A DNA stretch of 59,372 nt, filler included, from Sphacelaria rigidula (lineage: Eukaryota): NCBI GenBank assembly GCA_964200075.2. It is 3 parts of 3 records of this genome, joined end to end, with 100 filler letters (N's around TTAATTAATTAA, not from the genome) between each part and the next. Parts side by side here need not be neighbours in the genome. Positions count along the whole stretch, not along the records: positions 1 to 19,726 come from CAXNAA020000622.1; positions 19,827 to 39,550 come from CAXNAA020000623.1; 1 more part is not named here. One strand, 5' to 3'. Position numbers and translations under genes: made by a program. Numbering within the stretch: position 1 is the stretch's first letter; every line of letters begins with the position of its first letter. The notes below the pieces were generated by a model. It made no database searches, was not told the origin of the DNA, and saw only the letters and a program-made list of their open reading frames with translations. Shown here in pieces: positions 12,454-26,100 of this stretch.

Positions 12454-14384
12454 ATGAAGGAGGCTGTGAAGGCCAAGCCTCGCCACTGCGATCCGGGCAA
12501 GACCGTGTGGCTTGCTTCATGCATCGCAGTTTTGGTGGCGTTTGGTTTGTTGATTGGGAATATTCAGGCTGTGTGGACGAGTCCGGCGATGGCGGTGCCG
12601 AAAGGGGACACATTCCGCTTGGTCAGCGACTCTCAGACGGTGAACGTGCAAGTGGAACAGTCTCCGGGGGTGATGCCAAGCCAAGAGGACATGCGGGAGT
12701 TGCTGGGAGCCCAACAACAGTGTCGGTATGTCAGTGAACACATTCCTGGAAAGCGCATTTTTTGGGGAGGTTTGTTGTCTCGCTTGGTGAAGCTTCCTAC
12801 CGTGCCTGTTCGTTCTGTTGCCGTGTTCAGCCCGTGTGATGCCGATGATTCACTGCCCTCGTTAGGTGTCATTCCTACCACGCAGCGCAAAACAGTCGGC
12901 GACGGTGTTCATTTTTTTCCTAAGACTTTTGGTCAAGCTACTATGACTGACGATGGTTTGTTTCGCTTGCATATTGGCAGTCGTGATGTTTTGTGGATTC
13001 CATCGGATGATGAGGCTCTACAAACTCGCTTGATGGTGGGCGGTCACCTGCGGTCGGCTGGTGACCGTGGTGTGGCGCCGCCTCTGTTTCGTTTGAAATA
13101 ATACTGTGTGTGGCCTCACATGGATTGCCACATTCGCGAGTTCGTTCGCCAGTGTTTGCATTGTGTAGACACTCGTGCTGGTGAGATTGTACCTCGTCCG
13201 TACGGCGGTACTGTGCATGGTACTGCGCCAGGTGAAGTTGTTCACGTTGATTTTCTGTACGTCGGAAGTAGCAGACCTGAAGGTGCTGATGGTTTGCCAG
13301 AGGAGGGTGGTTTTCGGTACGTTCTGGTTATCATGGATGATTTGTCCAACTTCGTTTGCTTGGAGCCGACCGAGGCTTGCACCGCCGAGGTTACGGCTAA
13401 GCACTTGCTCCATTGGTGCAAGAGTTTGGGGGTGCCGCGTGTTTGGGTTAGTGATACCGCCACGCACTTCAAGAATCCAGTGATCGCGCAGCTGAGCGAT
13501 GCGCTCAAGGTGCAACACCATTATGTTGTTGCGTACACCCCTTGGTCGAGTGGTGCTTGTGAAGGCATGGTGAAAGAGGCTATTCGTGCGTTGCGGTCTA
13601 TTTTGTCAGAACAAAGACGGCCGGTGTCTGAACGGGTCGGTGTTTGGCCAGCCGAGCAGTGGGCGTTGAATACTTCTTTTCGTGAACGCTACCATAACAC
13701 TCCGTATTGTGTGATGCTTGGGCGTGCGCCGCGTACAGCGTTTTCCGCGCTGGCTTCTGTCACTGGCGGCGAGTGGAACGTCGATGTCATGGATACTGAT
13801 TCGTTGCGTGACAAGATTAGATTCGAGGCGTGGTTGACGAGCAAGTGGGGTTTTGTAACGAAGTGCAAGCTGCTGTCGCGGTGTCTGGCGAAACCAAACG
13901 CAAGCTTGCTCAGGGCCAGGCTGTGTTGCCTAATTTTGCAGTTGGCAATTTCGTATTGTATGCCCATGTTCGTCGGCAAGGCGTGGCGCCAAAGTTGATG
14001 TGCACGTGGACAGGTCCGCGGCGAGTGGTCGGAGCCGGTCACGCTCACGTGTATTCGGTGCAGAACATTGCTTCTGGCGCCGTGCACTCGGCCCGAGCCG
14101 CTCATTTACGTTTCTATGCCTACTCGCAATTGCACATCACTGCGGAACTAAAAGATAGATGTATTTCAGCATTCTCGTATGCTCAAGGTGAATGTCGTCT
14201 GAATGGTTTGGTGCACGTCGCTGAGGATGACAATGGCGGTGTCATTGTTTTGGTCGATTGGGAAGGGTTCGGTGCTGAAGAATGTACGTGGGAGTCTCTT
14301 CGCAAGATTCATTCTTCTGTGCCTGAATTTGTTCCGAAGAAACTGCGTAAAATGCGGTTGACTCGGGCGCTGATCAGTAAATGA
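12454..14384 (+). pseudogene. Gypsy pol remnant: RT N-terminus, large internal deletion, then integrase (HHCC, DDE, GPY/F, chromodomain), frameshifted
   Basis: WTSPAMAVPKGDTFRLVSD (RT start); HIPGKRIFWGGLLSR (RNase H end); CLHC; VHVDFLYV; IMDDLSNF; VSDTATHF; GACEGMVK; WTGP; LVDWEGFGAEECTWESL (chromodomain). Confidence 0.88.
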
Positions 14385-14780
14385 GCGTCGGAGTATGGTA
14401 TTTCTTTGTGATCTGGCGCATGCGATTTCGCCTTGGTTTTTGTTGGTTGTCAAGCTCGTTCGTTTGTCTTGAACTCGCTTTGGGGGTGCTGTAGCCGAAT
14501 GATACCAAGCCGTAGGTTTTGGCATAATCGCATGCATGATTGGAGCAGTCGCAGGGGACAGGGGATCCTGTATTGATGGCCCTCATCTGTGTGGTCCCTT
14601 GCTGTCTGGCTCATGATACTGTCTGGCTCATGATGCGGTCTATTTCTGGATCACTCCGCAATAATGACAAGTTAGAATGAATGACTTGTCGAGCACGAGG
14701 CCAGTGCTACTGGAGGAGTCCCTCGTGGATAGCTCTCTTGTCCAGATCGTCTGGTAGAGGTTATAGACCGTACCCCCCCT

Positions 14781-17281
14781 CTACTGCTTGTTAGTAGGCT
14801 CTAGTAAGACCTCCGAACCAATCGGCGCGCTTGCTTCTGTGCTGTATGCAGCCAACGGTAGCTTCATGCTACGCACGCCCTTATCTTCTTCAAGATTCAC
14901 CCGATAGTCGTATAATTCTTTGGTGCGCTCCTGACCCTTGCGATTGATCAGGCCACCAAACCACCCCATGCTCAATCTTATCAACACCCCACGTTTCAAT
15001 AAGGAACTATCGAGAGCAGGTGGTCTCGACTGTTGAAGGCGAAACCCGTCCGGGACCACCATCCCGACAGGTGCATCGTCCGCTAACATGTCGTCTTCAT
15101 CGTCCAGCAGAGTCAGATGGTCTTTCCCGTTATCAGAGACACCTAAATACCGTGCAGGGTAGAGCGTTGGCGCAAACGAACATGGAACGGGGACACATTC
15201 CTCGTGGTACAAGGGTCAAAATCTGGGGATGTTCACGACCAGAGAGCTATGCTGTAAGTTATACTGTAAGGCACGAGACTTCGTGCCAGGTCCGCACAAA
15301 ACGAAATACTTGTAGTGCTGAATCTACTGACCTACACAGTAAGCCACCCACAAGCGCTGAAGCAAAAGAGACTTGTAGAAACAACACAAACAAAATACCG
15401 TTTTCCGCTTCTTCGATCCCAGCTGTCTTCGTCTTCCTCCTCGCTGTCCTCGCCCTCGTCCTCGCTGTCCTCGTCTTCAATATCCTAGTCCTCGCTGTCC
15501 TCGTCCTCACTGTCCTTGTCCTCATTGTCCTTGTTCTCACTGTCCTCGTCCTTTTTTGTCCTCGTCCCGGCTACCCTCGCCCTTGTCCCGCTCTCCTTGC
15601 TTTTTCTCCACGCTCCCTGCTCCACTCGTTTCTTCTCTACTCCCATCACCAGCCCCTCCACCCTCCCCTTGAATATCTTGATTAGTTTTCCCATCTCCTC
15701 CTTGCCCGCGTTTCCTTTCGACGCTGCCCTCCCGGACCTCGTCCACCTCGTCGTCGCTCCCATTGTCCATGAACGCCAAAGGCTCCGTCAATCCCTCCGC
15801 TTTGATTTGATCGTCACTATTTCCGTCCGTCGTCATCAGGGCCCCTGACTTCTCGACCAGGCGGAGTCTGTAGCCGGGCCGGTTATCGACGATGTCCACA
15901 GCCCCCACAACCCACCCGGTCAGCACGATGCGTCGATCAGATGCAGTCAGCCAGACACTCTCCCACCGTTCCAGATTGAGACGTCCCCGTCTTCAAGCCA
16001 TAAGTTGAGTTGCTTCTCAACCTCGTGCTTGATGAGTGCACCAAAGCCTGCATCGATGGGCTGCAGTGCATCCGTGCACCCTCCGGGGTAAAATCACACC
16101 AGCGAGTTGCACCCCTTCTTCATATATGCCTTTAGCTTGTCCGTTGTCTGTCCCAACAAGTTATCGAGAGTCAGTAGCGATGCCTCCTCCGACACCCCAT
16201 CTTGCCATTGCATAAGGCTTTTGGGGAGGCACTTCTTCGCCCACGCCACGCAGACTTCCCTGTCGGCCCACACATTTTTCTGGATTAAAACGTCAACGCG
16301 AGGGTCATACGTCTTCTTTTCCACCTTCGAGATCCGCTTTCCGGTCCCTCGAAAAATGATTGCGCATCGCATAAGCTCCCCACCCGGCCCAACGGTAGGT
16401 TGGATCGTGCACTGCCTCTTTTCCAGCCCACTGAACGGCTGCGCGATAGCGATGCGCTTGTTTCCCTCCGGTGCCCACGTATCCGACCGGCTGTTCACGA
16501 AGGGCAAGGGCACCTGGTCGGAGTTGAACCGTTCATTCAGCTGAAACCGACCGTGCTCCGGATCTCGTCCCGAGGCAACGACATGCGCATCACCTCTAAG
16601 CTTGAGGTACCAAGAAGGTGGCCCTTGATGATATGCTCCTGGAGCAGCAAGAAATGTCGGTCAAGGATTCCGCCGTCCGATTTCAACTCCGCAAGAGCCG
16701 TCAGATCCCGCAAAGCGTCGGGGGATAGATTCATCGCGATGGAACCTACCTCACCACCGTGAATCAAAGGAGGCGATGTCATGTAGGTGTGCATGCCACG
16801 TTACCCCCTACTCCTATCCTCTGCCGAAAGGGACTGCAGGTACAGTACTCTACCGTGCGCCAGCAGTAAGCAGTACGTAAACCAGTCTTGTACCGAAAGA
16901 CAAAATCAAAATAGAAAACAAAACAGTACTGTACGAGTTTCGTGCAGATTTCATTATCGATGGGGTGTCCCAGCAAATTGTCATTGTCCTTGAGGTGCCC
17001 CAGTGGATATCAATGTTGTTTCACCGGTTTAAGGAAGGGGGCAGCTTGCTCGGGGGCCTGACGTCGCCATGGTGGTTGTGGAGGCAGTTTCTTATTATTC
17101 TGAGGTACAGTACATTTCTGCAGATTCTTACCTGCCGATCCTCTTGCAACTCCCTAGTTTCTAATTCTTAATCCCCCCCTTTGAGTTCAGCACAAATGCT
17201 TACCCGTAAAATTCTTATTCTTTAAAAAAAAACGAGGCTGAGATTCTTAACAACGAAATTCTCAACGTCTGACGCTATCTG
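14781..17281 (-). mobile_element. pogo/Tigger-type (DDE_1) DNA transposon, transposase pseudogene
   Basis: GRF..NERFNSDQVPLPF...EKRQCT...IIFRGTG...WAD...LTLDNL...PGGCTDALQPIDAGFG is readable across stops and frameshifts at about 15950-16600. An acidic tail follows. A possible terminus ending ctg|TA lies near 17281; the other end was not found. Confidence 0.82.
15420..15570 (-). repeat. Low-complexity (GAGGAC/AGC)n tandem repeat encoding an acidic E-D-S tract in the transposase C-terminus
   Basis: Repeated ctcgctgtcctcgtc / ctgtccttgtc units. Confidence 0.7.
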
Positions 17282-17329
17282 TAGTAGACCAAGACATAAA
17301 AAGAAACTACTCGTAGATAAAAGAAGATA

Positions 17330-18530
17330 AATTAAAAGGAATGGCCGGCCTATGCTGCATGGCTTCGGTGGGAACGGTCTTGCGCAGAACCACCCTCAAA
17401 CCCAGTCGCAGAAACAAAAACCGTGAAAAAGGAAATATTGCGGCTCATCTGCTACGACATCTCTATTTAGGGTATGACTGATGAGCCCTCTTACCCATGA
17501 ACGAACACCACGGAGCGAGGTACCACACTGCTCTGGTATACACCGGCAGGAATGAACAGATATATACTTCGATATATATATATAGAGAGAGAGAGATAAA
17601 TATTGGGAGACGGGAGAACAGGCGAGGAAACTAGAGAAGTGGTGAAGCCCAAATAATTCGGCAGCAGAGCAGATACACACACACCAGCGGGCACCGCAGA
17701 GCCACTGACCAAGGACACAATCAACGACCGATATGAGCATACAGGGTTCTTCGATTGGCCACCCTCGACGCAGCAGCCTCTCGTATGTGACGGAGGCCTG
17801 ATTCTCGTTTGTCTTCGCATCCCCACGTGTCCTCAAACTCTTCCGCTCTGTTCCTACTCCAATATGCCGTTTGTTTGCCCATGTTCTTCGCCACGGCGAC
17901 TCAATCGCATGAATCGTTGACTTCTACACCGTAGACGAATCCTTTCCTCCCTTGTGCGGAACACGCACGAGTGTACGTAGGTTCTCCTGGAGGTTTCCTC
18001 CCATCGCTTGGGAGGGCGGCCAGCCTCCTCGACCGTCGTGCGGTTAACCGTCCGTTCATGATGAGTTTAGGAAGGCGTGTTTTCTCCTGAGCCGACAAGG
18101 GCTCGCGCGAACCAGAGTTTGCTTTTGCGGAAAGACGTCTCGATACGTTCGCAGTTGGTCATCTTGAGCACCGCTCTGTACGAAAACGTCTTGCAGCCTT
18201 TTCGACATTTCCTGCGGAATCCAACCACTCGCAACTAGAGCCTGTGATGGGTAGTGCACAGGCTGTCGAAGTTATCACAAAACGTAACTTCCATGTTGCG
18301 CATCCGTACGACAGGGCTTTTACCACCTCTGCTTGAAGCAGCCGGACTTTCAAGGATAGCTGAGCGATGGATCGACCGTAGAGTTGGGAGCTATATTCTA
18401 GGATCCGTGCACACGCTGCGCTGATGCGGCGATTGATTTCGATGGACATTTCGCATCGAAGCTGACAGCACCACCAGGGTAGACGAACTTCCCCGTCTGC
18501 TTACACCGTTGACCGGCAGCTTTGATGTGT
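17330..18530 (-). mobile_element. RTE-like LINE, 5'-truncated and decayed (post-RT C-terminal ORF2 plus 3' UTR)
   Basis: KFVYPGGAVS...EINRRISAA...LKVRLLQAEVVKALSYGCATW...RLPKLIMNGRL are typical RTE ORF2 C-terminal motifs. The 3' part matches 39900-40260 and 34200-34350. Confidence 0.8.
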
Positions 18531-19726
18531 AGGGCGCAGCCAAGAGTGGGTAGTTTTCTCGCTCAGACGACGCACTACGTAATATTAGGAGTTGAACGCT
18601 AAAATGTTGACATGCAGAATATGCCGAGAGCAGCACAGAAAAAAAGAGAGAAAGTTTTGGGGATTCGAAATTTCAGCGAAAACAAGATGACGTCATATGT
18701 TCAGGGAAAAAACGAGAACCCGCAGCTGCTTCCGCAATGTATCATTTCCTTGGGTGCAGAAGGTCTTCGTGAAATTTCAGCTCAAGAGTCGTCGAATTGG
18801 GCCGTGCATGCAACGTTTTGCGTGACGCTGCTGCACCCGTGTAGTTCAAGTGATACAGGAGACTCCAATCGTGGAGGTGCTGGAATCGAATCCCGACATA
18901 TTCTCCTTTTTTTTCGTCCGTCGTTGAGGTGATATCTTATGTAGTTCATTTTTTTCATTTTTTTTTCCCTTCGTTCAGCGGCGGTGCCGTGTGTTACCAG
19001 GCTGGTCTGCACTTCGCAGTGATATGCTGACATCGGGTTCATCCAGGAAACTGGGAAAGCTGTTGTAGTGTGGACAACGTTTTCCCACTTTAAAGCTCGC
19101 CCAGCTCGAGGCCAAAGACAGATCAGAAAAAACAAGCATCACCAGTACTACTCGGCGCATTTGACCATTTTCAGCAGATGGAGTCAGGAGCATAAATCAC
19201 AGGATTTCACGAATGGCGGATGGATTTATTTTTGAGCGTAACCTACGTAGGGAACGTTGGTAAGAATCGGAATATTTTTGAAAAAATTGCACACGCACTC
19301 TCCGGCCGTGATGTATGGCCTCGTTCGTCCTCAAAAGAAATCCATCCGCAGTGTGTAAAATCCCGTGCTGACAGGAAATTCTGATAAATGGGAACAACCC
19401 TTTTGTACGGGATAAACGGAAGTCGAAACTAATCGGAATTGATGTGGGATTTGTTTTTTTCTCAAGTGAGCGAGACCACCTATCACGGCCGGAGAATTCA
19501 TTTTCATTTTTCCCGACACCATTTCGGTGCTTGCTTATTGCAACGGTCCCAAGGCTCATCCCAAAAATGACCTACCGGATCTATTAAAATCCCGTGTTGT
19601 GTAACAGGAGTAAACGAGCACATTGTACCACACGTCTTCCCTTGTGGGGGGGGGGGGGGGGGGGGCGGCCCTTTTTTTTTTTTCTTTTTTGTTTTTTTAT
19701 CTTAAACACCTCACCCCTCACCCAGC

Positions 19727-19826
19727 NNNNNNNNNNNNNNNNNNNNNNNNNNNNNNNNNNNNNNNNNNNNTTAATTAATTAANNNNNNNNNNNNNNNNNN
19801 NNNNNNNNNNNNNNNNNNNNNNNNNN
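19727..19826. other. Artificial contig-joining linker (N44-TTAATTAATTAA-N44)
   Basis: Exactly 100 bp, with stop codons in all six frames; identical to 39551-39650. Confidence 0.97.
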
Positions 19827-20170
19827 CCTGTTGTTCGGTGCTCTGTGCCCGCCTGTCTTTTTTTGTTTGTTGATGATGCGGCGGCCGCCGGGGTGGACGG
19901 GGGCGTTCTCATGTGTTGCTTGCCTTAGTCGTCTGACCATTGACCACGCATCTCTTTCTAGACGAAGCACTGGGGGGGGGAGGGGGGGGGGGGGTTATGT
20001 GGATACCATCTCTGAAATGGAAAAATACCCAGAAGTGCCTGTGGGGACAATCGCCTCCTTACATCAAGGAAAATGAACAGGCGATCACAGAAAAAAGCCA
20101 ACACACGCAATACAACAAGTCGCGGTTACCAAGATAAAATAGTGTCGTTCGATCGATAGAGGCAGCATAC

Positions 20171-23100
20171 CTAGGCAGGGGTTCATTGTCCCAATCTGTG
20201 GTGAGCATACTGTTGTCCGCCATCGCGTCCGTGACCTTGCGATGAAGAGCCTTTTCTAGTTGCTCGTGTTGGCGCGACCCTTGTCCCTTGTTACAATTGT
20301 CGAATGCTCGTTGCAAGTATCGCCGGAGTGATGCTGGCCAGGTGCCTTCCTCTGCCTCTTCCTTTGGAGGTTCTTTCGATCGTCGCATGTGGTCCTCGTC
20401 ATGCCTCGACACGTTTTGTGCCTGTACAGTGTTGTTCCCGTTTGCTTGTGGCACCTGGAGAGCGTTAGCAGGCCACAAAACGTGGAGTTGAGAACTTGCT
20501 GTCGGTTTAATTAACCAGTGACATATGATTCGCGTAACTAGATATCTGCGCCAGCGCTCCTAGGTCAGACCAGGCACTCACCCCCGACTCTTTGCCATGC
20601 TGCGGAGTATTCTTTGTGCATGTTGGCACAGTGTTCAGCCTTATCTTTTGTCCCGGTTTTTATCAACCCAAGAAAAGACAGTACATGCACATTTATCAAT
20701 CATACCCGCTCGAAACTCAACAACCGCGTAGCCACCAACCCAAAACTCCGACTACATTCTACACACCACAGCACACAAATCGGCGATGCATATTTCCGAC
20801 GAGCTACTCAACTTCACGGTCGACGAGGGAAAGGGACTGCTGAACCCCTTTCGCGATAAAAATAAAAAGGCAAGCACCGTAGAAGGAAGGTGAAGTACCA
20901 AAAAAAACTCATGTGTGACCCTGGCTGGTGCGCCCACATATACCGAAAGGTGTAGACCAGCGTCCAGAATAGATGGGACTACGACACACACACACACACA
21001 TACACACACAGAGTACAGGGTGAGCCGCCCAAGACGCGGACAGGGATGTGGACACGCGATTTAGCAGCTCAATTTTTGGTCGTTTTCTATGAATTTTTGA
21101 CACACTGTTCACGACGTATGTACGAAGACTCCATTTTCGGACCCCTATATTTTCTCTTTTTTTCTAGAGTTTTTCACGATTTTGTTCCGAAATAAACTGT
21201 TCTGAAATGTTTGGTCGCCCATAACCCACGGAGAAAAACAAAAGGATGTACGGGGCAAATCATGTCAACACTTCATCGAACACGACCTGATTTCAAGCTG
21301 CTAAATCGCGTGTTCGTGTTCAAGACTGGTTCCTATGTGGAGACGGACCAGCCATGAAAAAATGAAACGCGGTTATGCTGCTCAATTTCAAGTATTTTTT
21401 CAAGAAATTCCGACACGATGCGCATGACGTATGTTGTGCAGTCCCTACACAGGCTAGGTCAGCCTACAAGCGGATTTGCACTTTGCAGGCGAATTCGCAA
21501 TTTTTTTCTTGGAGTTGGAAAGTGAAATTTGGTATGGACAATCAACAGGGCATGAAGAAGGGTTGTCCGTGAGGTCCCAACGTTTTTTTTCATGAGTTAA
21601 GGGTAATAATCAGCTTTGAGGTTTTAGTAAAATGCCCTCAACTCATGAAAAAAAAAACGTTGGGACCTCACAGACAGCCCTTCTTAGGTTTTAGTAAAAT
21701 GCCCTCAACTCACGAAAAAAAGACGTTGGGACCTCACAGATAGCCCTTTTTCATGCCCTGTTGATTGTTCACACCGAATTTCACTTTCCAACTCCAAGAA
21801 AAAAATTGCGAATTTACGTTTGAAAAAACCGGGCCGGCGTGAATTCGGAACATTAGTTTGCAGGTCGTTTACAGGCCCACGTTTGGTGTGTGTGGGTTGC
21901 AACTTTGTGCGGAACCTCGCTAGGTCATGACGGACCAAGAAAAATGGGTGACGTTGGTTTTTATTTTTATTTTTCATTGATTGAAGGCGTTTTAATATGG
22001 TAACGACCATTTTTTTACGAGAAAGCCCGAACCTCTCATAAAAAAATGAAGGCCTTTTTTTTTAGATCATACCTTGGTGATCCTCCAAGTTGAGTTTGAA
22101 ATCACAGTTCTAAAAATTGAGCTGAAAAATTGAGATAAGGGCCAAGAGCAATGTTCATTTCTCCTCAAAATCTCCCTGAAAACCCGAAAAAAAATGAAAA
22201 CCCCCACAAGAGCTGTGTTTTTAATTTCATTATGCACTAGCGGTTCTCCAAACCAAATTTCAAAGCACAACTCTCAAAAACTCAGACGCGATATCCAGAT
22301 TTAGGTCATCTAGTGCCTCTGCTCGTGATATACTGATTTTAGTATAACACCGTATGTGCGCCATATCTCGAGATGGATAACGAATTAGGTGAAAGTGAGG
22401 GTATCTATCGTCTCCCCGTGCTCCACACCAAAAATCGTATGGCGCAGATACGGTTTCATACTAAAATTGTCCCAGATTTTTTCACGACGAGTTAGGTGAA
22501 ACCGTATGTGCTACAGGGAAGGTCCACACCAAAAATCGTCATCATCCGCTTGATCGGTCGTTCAGGGTTTCATATAGATTTTAGTATGAACGCTATCTCC
22601 GCTAGGTATAGGAATTATTATACATGGGGTTTACTCGACGAAAAAAAATTGGCCCAGATTTTTGAGCAGATGGGCAACTTCCCCTTGATTAGACGATCAA
22701 TACGATATGCGGATCACGGCCCAACTCGTCTTTATCGTTGAGATATCGCTTTGAGAGCTTAAATCCGTTTTGGGCTGGCCCAGCTCGTATTGCCCCCCCT
22801 TGACATTTCCTTTCTTTTCGATGAGATGTCGATGCTTTTGTGCCAGAAAAAAAAATGTTCCGAAATTTAGATCACCAATAACAATAAACACGAGGGGAAA
22901 ACAAAATATAAGAGGGGGAAACGGTAAGGGCTTCACGTATACCAAATATCGGGTCAAATTTTCATGGAAAACGACCTGAAATTGAGAAGTGAAATCGCGT
23001 TTTTCTTTCGAGAACCGGTTCACTCGCTTTTGGAGTACAACAACCTCAGCCGGAACTTTGACGTTTTCTACAAGCCCGACGCCTTGGGGCGCTGGAGGTC

Positions 23101-26100
23101 TCGTCTGCGTGCCACCTCAGACACTGCGCGCGTACAGTACATGAATTGATGCACACCACAACTAGTGCAGCACCATCACTTTGCGGCCGCGGCACAACCA
23201 ACTGCAACCGTAACTGCCATTTCATCCGTTTCTTCCCCTAATTCCGCCGCACAAGCCACCCTCACTCTCTCCACTTCGCAGCTGACTACAGTTCGGTATT
23301 TCGTTCGATGGGAACTTGTCAGATCGCAGTGCTACGTGAAGTGAAAGACGCGCGTTGATTTACAGATCACCACGATGTGTCATGGTAGGCACAACTCGCG
23401 ATGGATCGTCCGTTAGACCCGGCTGAGGGAAAGTTCGCTTCTTAGGCGGCCCAGCCTGTACTTCAGCAAATGCATCCATCATGGTAACACGGTGGTGTTT
23501 TTCCATTTTGGAATTTGAAATGTGATCGCACGGGACTCACCCTGTATCAGCTGGTGTACACTTCCACTACACACGACAGAACATGCTAGCAGCCATCGTT
23601 CAAGGCCAAGCTTGTGCTTGTATCTTCGTGCAGTAGTAGTGTCAATTCGTCTTTACTCACGCATTTCACCGAGGCAACGGTGTGCCACTTTGGGACTTGG
23701 TGGATACTACTGGTAGGCATGAGTTCAAGGTATTCGTAGGGAGTGGATCTCTCTCAGTGGGTGCTTGGTGGATGGAGATATTATCAGGGCTGTGAACTAG
23801 CAGCTTTGGCCAGTGAAGTATCGATGTTTTTCCAGTTAATCGGCTTCGCTCATCAACTGGATCAACATCGGCGGCGACTGGCGAAGCCGCAAGCCCCAAC
23901 GACCCCCACCGGCTGGTGAGGGGGCCTCGCGGGAGAGCCGCCGGGGGCAAAACAAATTGCGGTATTTGGCTTGTTTTTCCTTTAAAAATGTGGATAGTTG
24001 TAATAAACGTGACCGCATTGAGGAGCCAAAAGGCTTAGGTAACATTAAAATTCGAAGCGGTGAACGATTCGAAATGATTCATCTGTAGCATGCAGCAGCA
24101 GAGACTCTGCGTCATGATGGGAACAAGGAAGCCAAGGCTGGCAGCACATCTTCGCGAACGATTTCCGTCGACGTATTCGAAGCATCCTCCGTCTCACTTG
24201 ATTCCTCATATTCCTCACCAACTGTAAGTGCAGGCCTGAATCGTACAGTCAAATTATATATGACGGTGTAAGCGTCTCTGATAAACTCAGTATACAAAAA
24301 TTGGTATAAGAAAAGTCGGTAACTGCAAACCTCGAATAAACTGGACTACTGGCGCGCTCGCCGCAGGTTGCAGTTCAAATCCATTTCCAGTTTGATCGAC
24401 AATATAAACTGGTCCAATTAATTCACAGCTCTAAATATTGTTGACTGTCGGGTGTTTCAGCATTGAAAGTGCCGTCGAAACCATGACCAAAAAGCGACAT
24501 CGACATAATGAGCACGGCGGTTTCGCCGCATAATTTGTCATATCATATCATATCACTTTGGCTGTTGCTGGCAAAACCACGCTCTCTGAGCGTTGTATGG
24601 TTCATGTAACACAATTTTTCATCAAACTTCCAGATCCATTTACGGAGTTGTTCCGAACCCGGTACTTATTTCTATGAGACGTGAAAAATATATGTCCATT
24701 GAAAGCTGTGTTTCAGGCAGATCAATCCATCGGTTCGCTTTTTCATGTTTGTCTCGTGTTTCAGGTGAATAGTGGTCAAGATTTTGAAGCTAGATAAAGA
24801 GGCATTTTTTCCTTCTCTCTCCTGATCCCGGATCCGAAGGCATCTCGTTGAGAGGCACCTTTGTGGCGAAGAATCACAACGTTTTAGCCATCATGGAGTG
24901 AGAGAAGCAAAATAGACATTTTTCTCCCGCTTTAGCTGTGGAGATTCGTGCTCGATATTGGATCAAGGAATGTCGAAAAACTCCTCGAATTCGGACAAAT
25001 TGAAACTGCACGCAGGACCGTTCTTGATTTGTGGCCCGAGAAAAATGCGTGTGAATAATCCGGACCCCCCACCAATGCTTTTTCAACCGAAACATGTTGA
25101 ATTTGGTATAATCGTGGATTGGGTCAGCGCTCCGGCACCGCGTCAGTACTCGTCAAATATAATTTTGTTACTACTCATGTCTCCGTGTTACAACGAACGA
25201 CAGATCTCGGATGTTACTCAGTGAAAGACTCGTGATTGCCGTGATTTTGACCATCAATCTCCCGCCCCAACAGGTTTCAGTTCTACTAGGTGGACCGCGA
25301 AGCCTTAGTCAAACACGTTCAACAGGAATGATCAAAATCTGACTTGGAGCGTCTCTCGCGACGCTTTGCAACTCAACACTAGCGTGCAGATTGCAGGAGG
25401 CATACTCTGCGTTCTTACGTATATAAATGCATACCTGGGTTGGTGACAATGTATGCGGCGTCGAGGTCTCTTCTTCACTCTCCGGCATGACCATAGGCTT
25501 TTCATCTCTGACACCTGCAGGGGGGGGGGGCGGAGGGGGCGGAGGGGGGAGCGGCGGCGCCGGCGGCGGTGCTACCTCGGCCGGTAATGGTGGCTGTGCT
25601 TCGGACGCGGGCAAGGGAGTTGCCGGAGTCTCAGGCGGTGGATATTGTGGGTAGACGTGTGCCTGCTGCGGTTGTGCAACATATGCCTGCTGAGCGTGTA
25701 CTTCAGGTGGCTGGGGCTGTGAGCCATATATTGGTGGTGCAGTAGAGTATCCTGCCCACTGTGCATACTGAGGATCCTGATAGCCGTTGTATCCCTGATG
25801 GCCGTAGCTGTGGTACTGCTGGCTGCCGTAGTCCTGGTATCCACCGTAGTAGCTCGCCCACTGAAGGAATATAGCGATGGAGACAGGCAAGCATAGTAAT
25901 TGCTGATAGCAGTGGGCAGATGAAGGCCTCGGAAACCAGCGCGGAGATGTACTGGCAATATTTAGGGGGGGGGGGGGGGGGGTACTTATGATCTTGCATG
26001 CCGTAGCCATATGACTACTGACCTCGCATTTTTACAAAGCCTGGAATAAGCACGCTTGGCTTTCGCCGGACCAGGCTCGCAATCAATCACCAAGCACGAA

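Larger units (their letters stand above)
9917..14580 (+). mobile_element. Decayed Ty3/gypsy LTR retrotransposon with chromodomain integrase
   Basis: LTR-like direct repeats at 10033-10098 and 14500-14565 (60/66 identical). Both ends are preceded by TGTAGCC (9917 and 14490), with a G-rich PPT-like tract before 14490. Domain order is gag, protease, RT, integrase. Confidence 0.9.

Noticed and set aside
15020-15848. Plus-strand hydrophobic 'membrane protein' ORFs (LAVLVL repeats)
   Set aside because: They are the antisense reading of the acidic low-complexity tract in the pogo element.
19771-19782. TTAATTAATTAA palindrome as a biological motif (also 39595-39606)
   Set aside because: It is centred in symmetrical N runs and is an artificial six-frame-stop linker.
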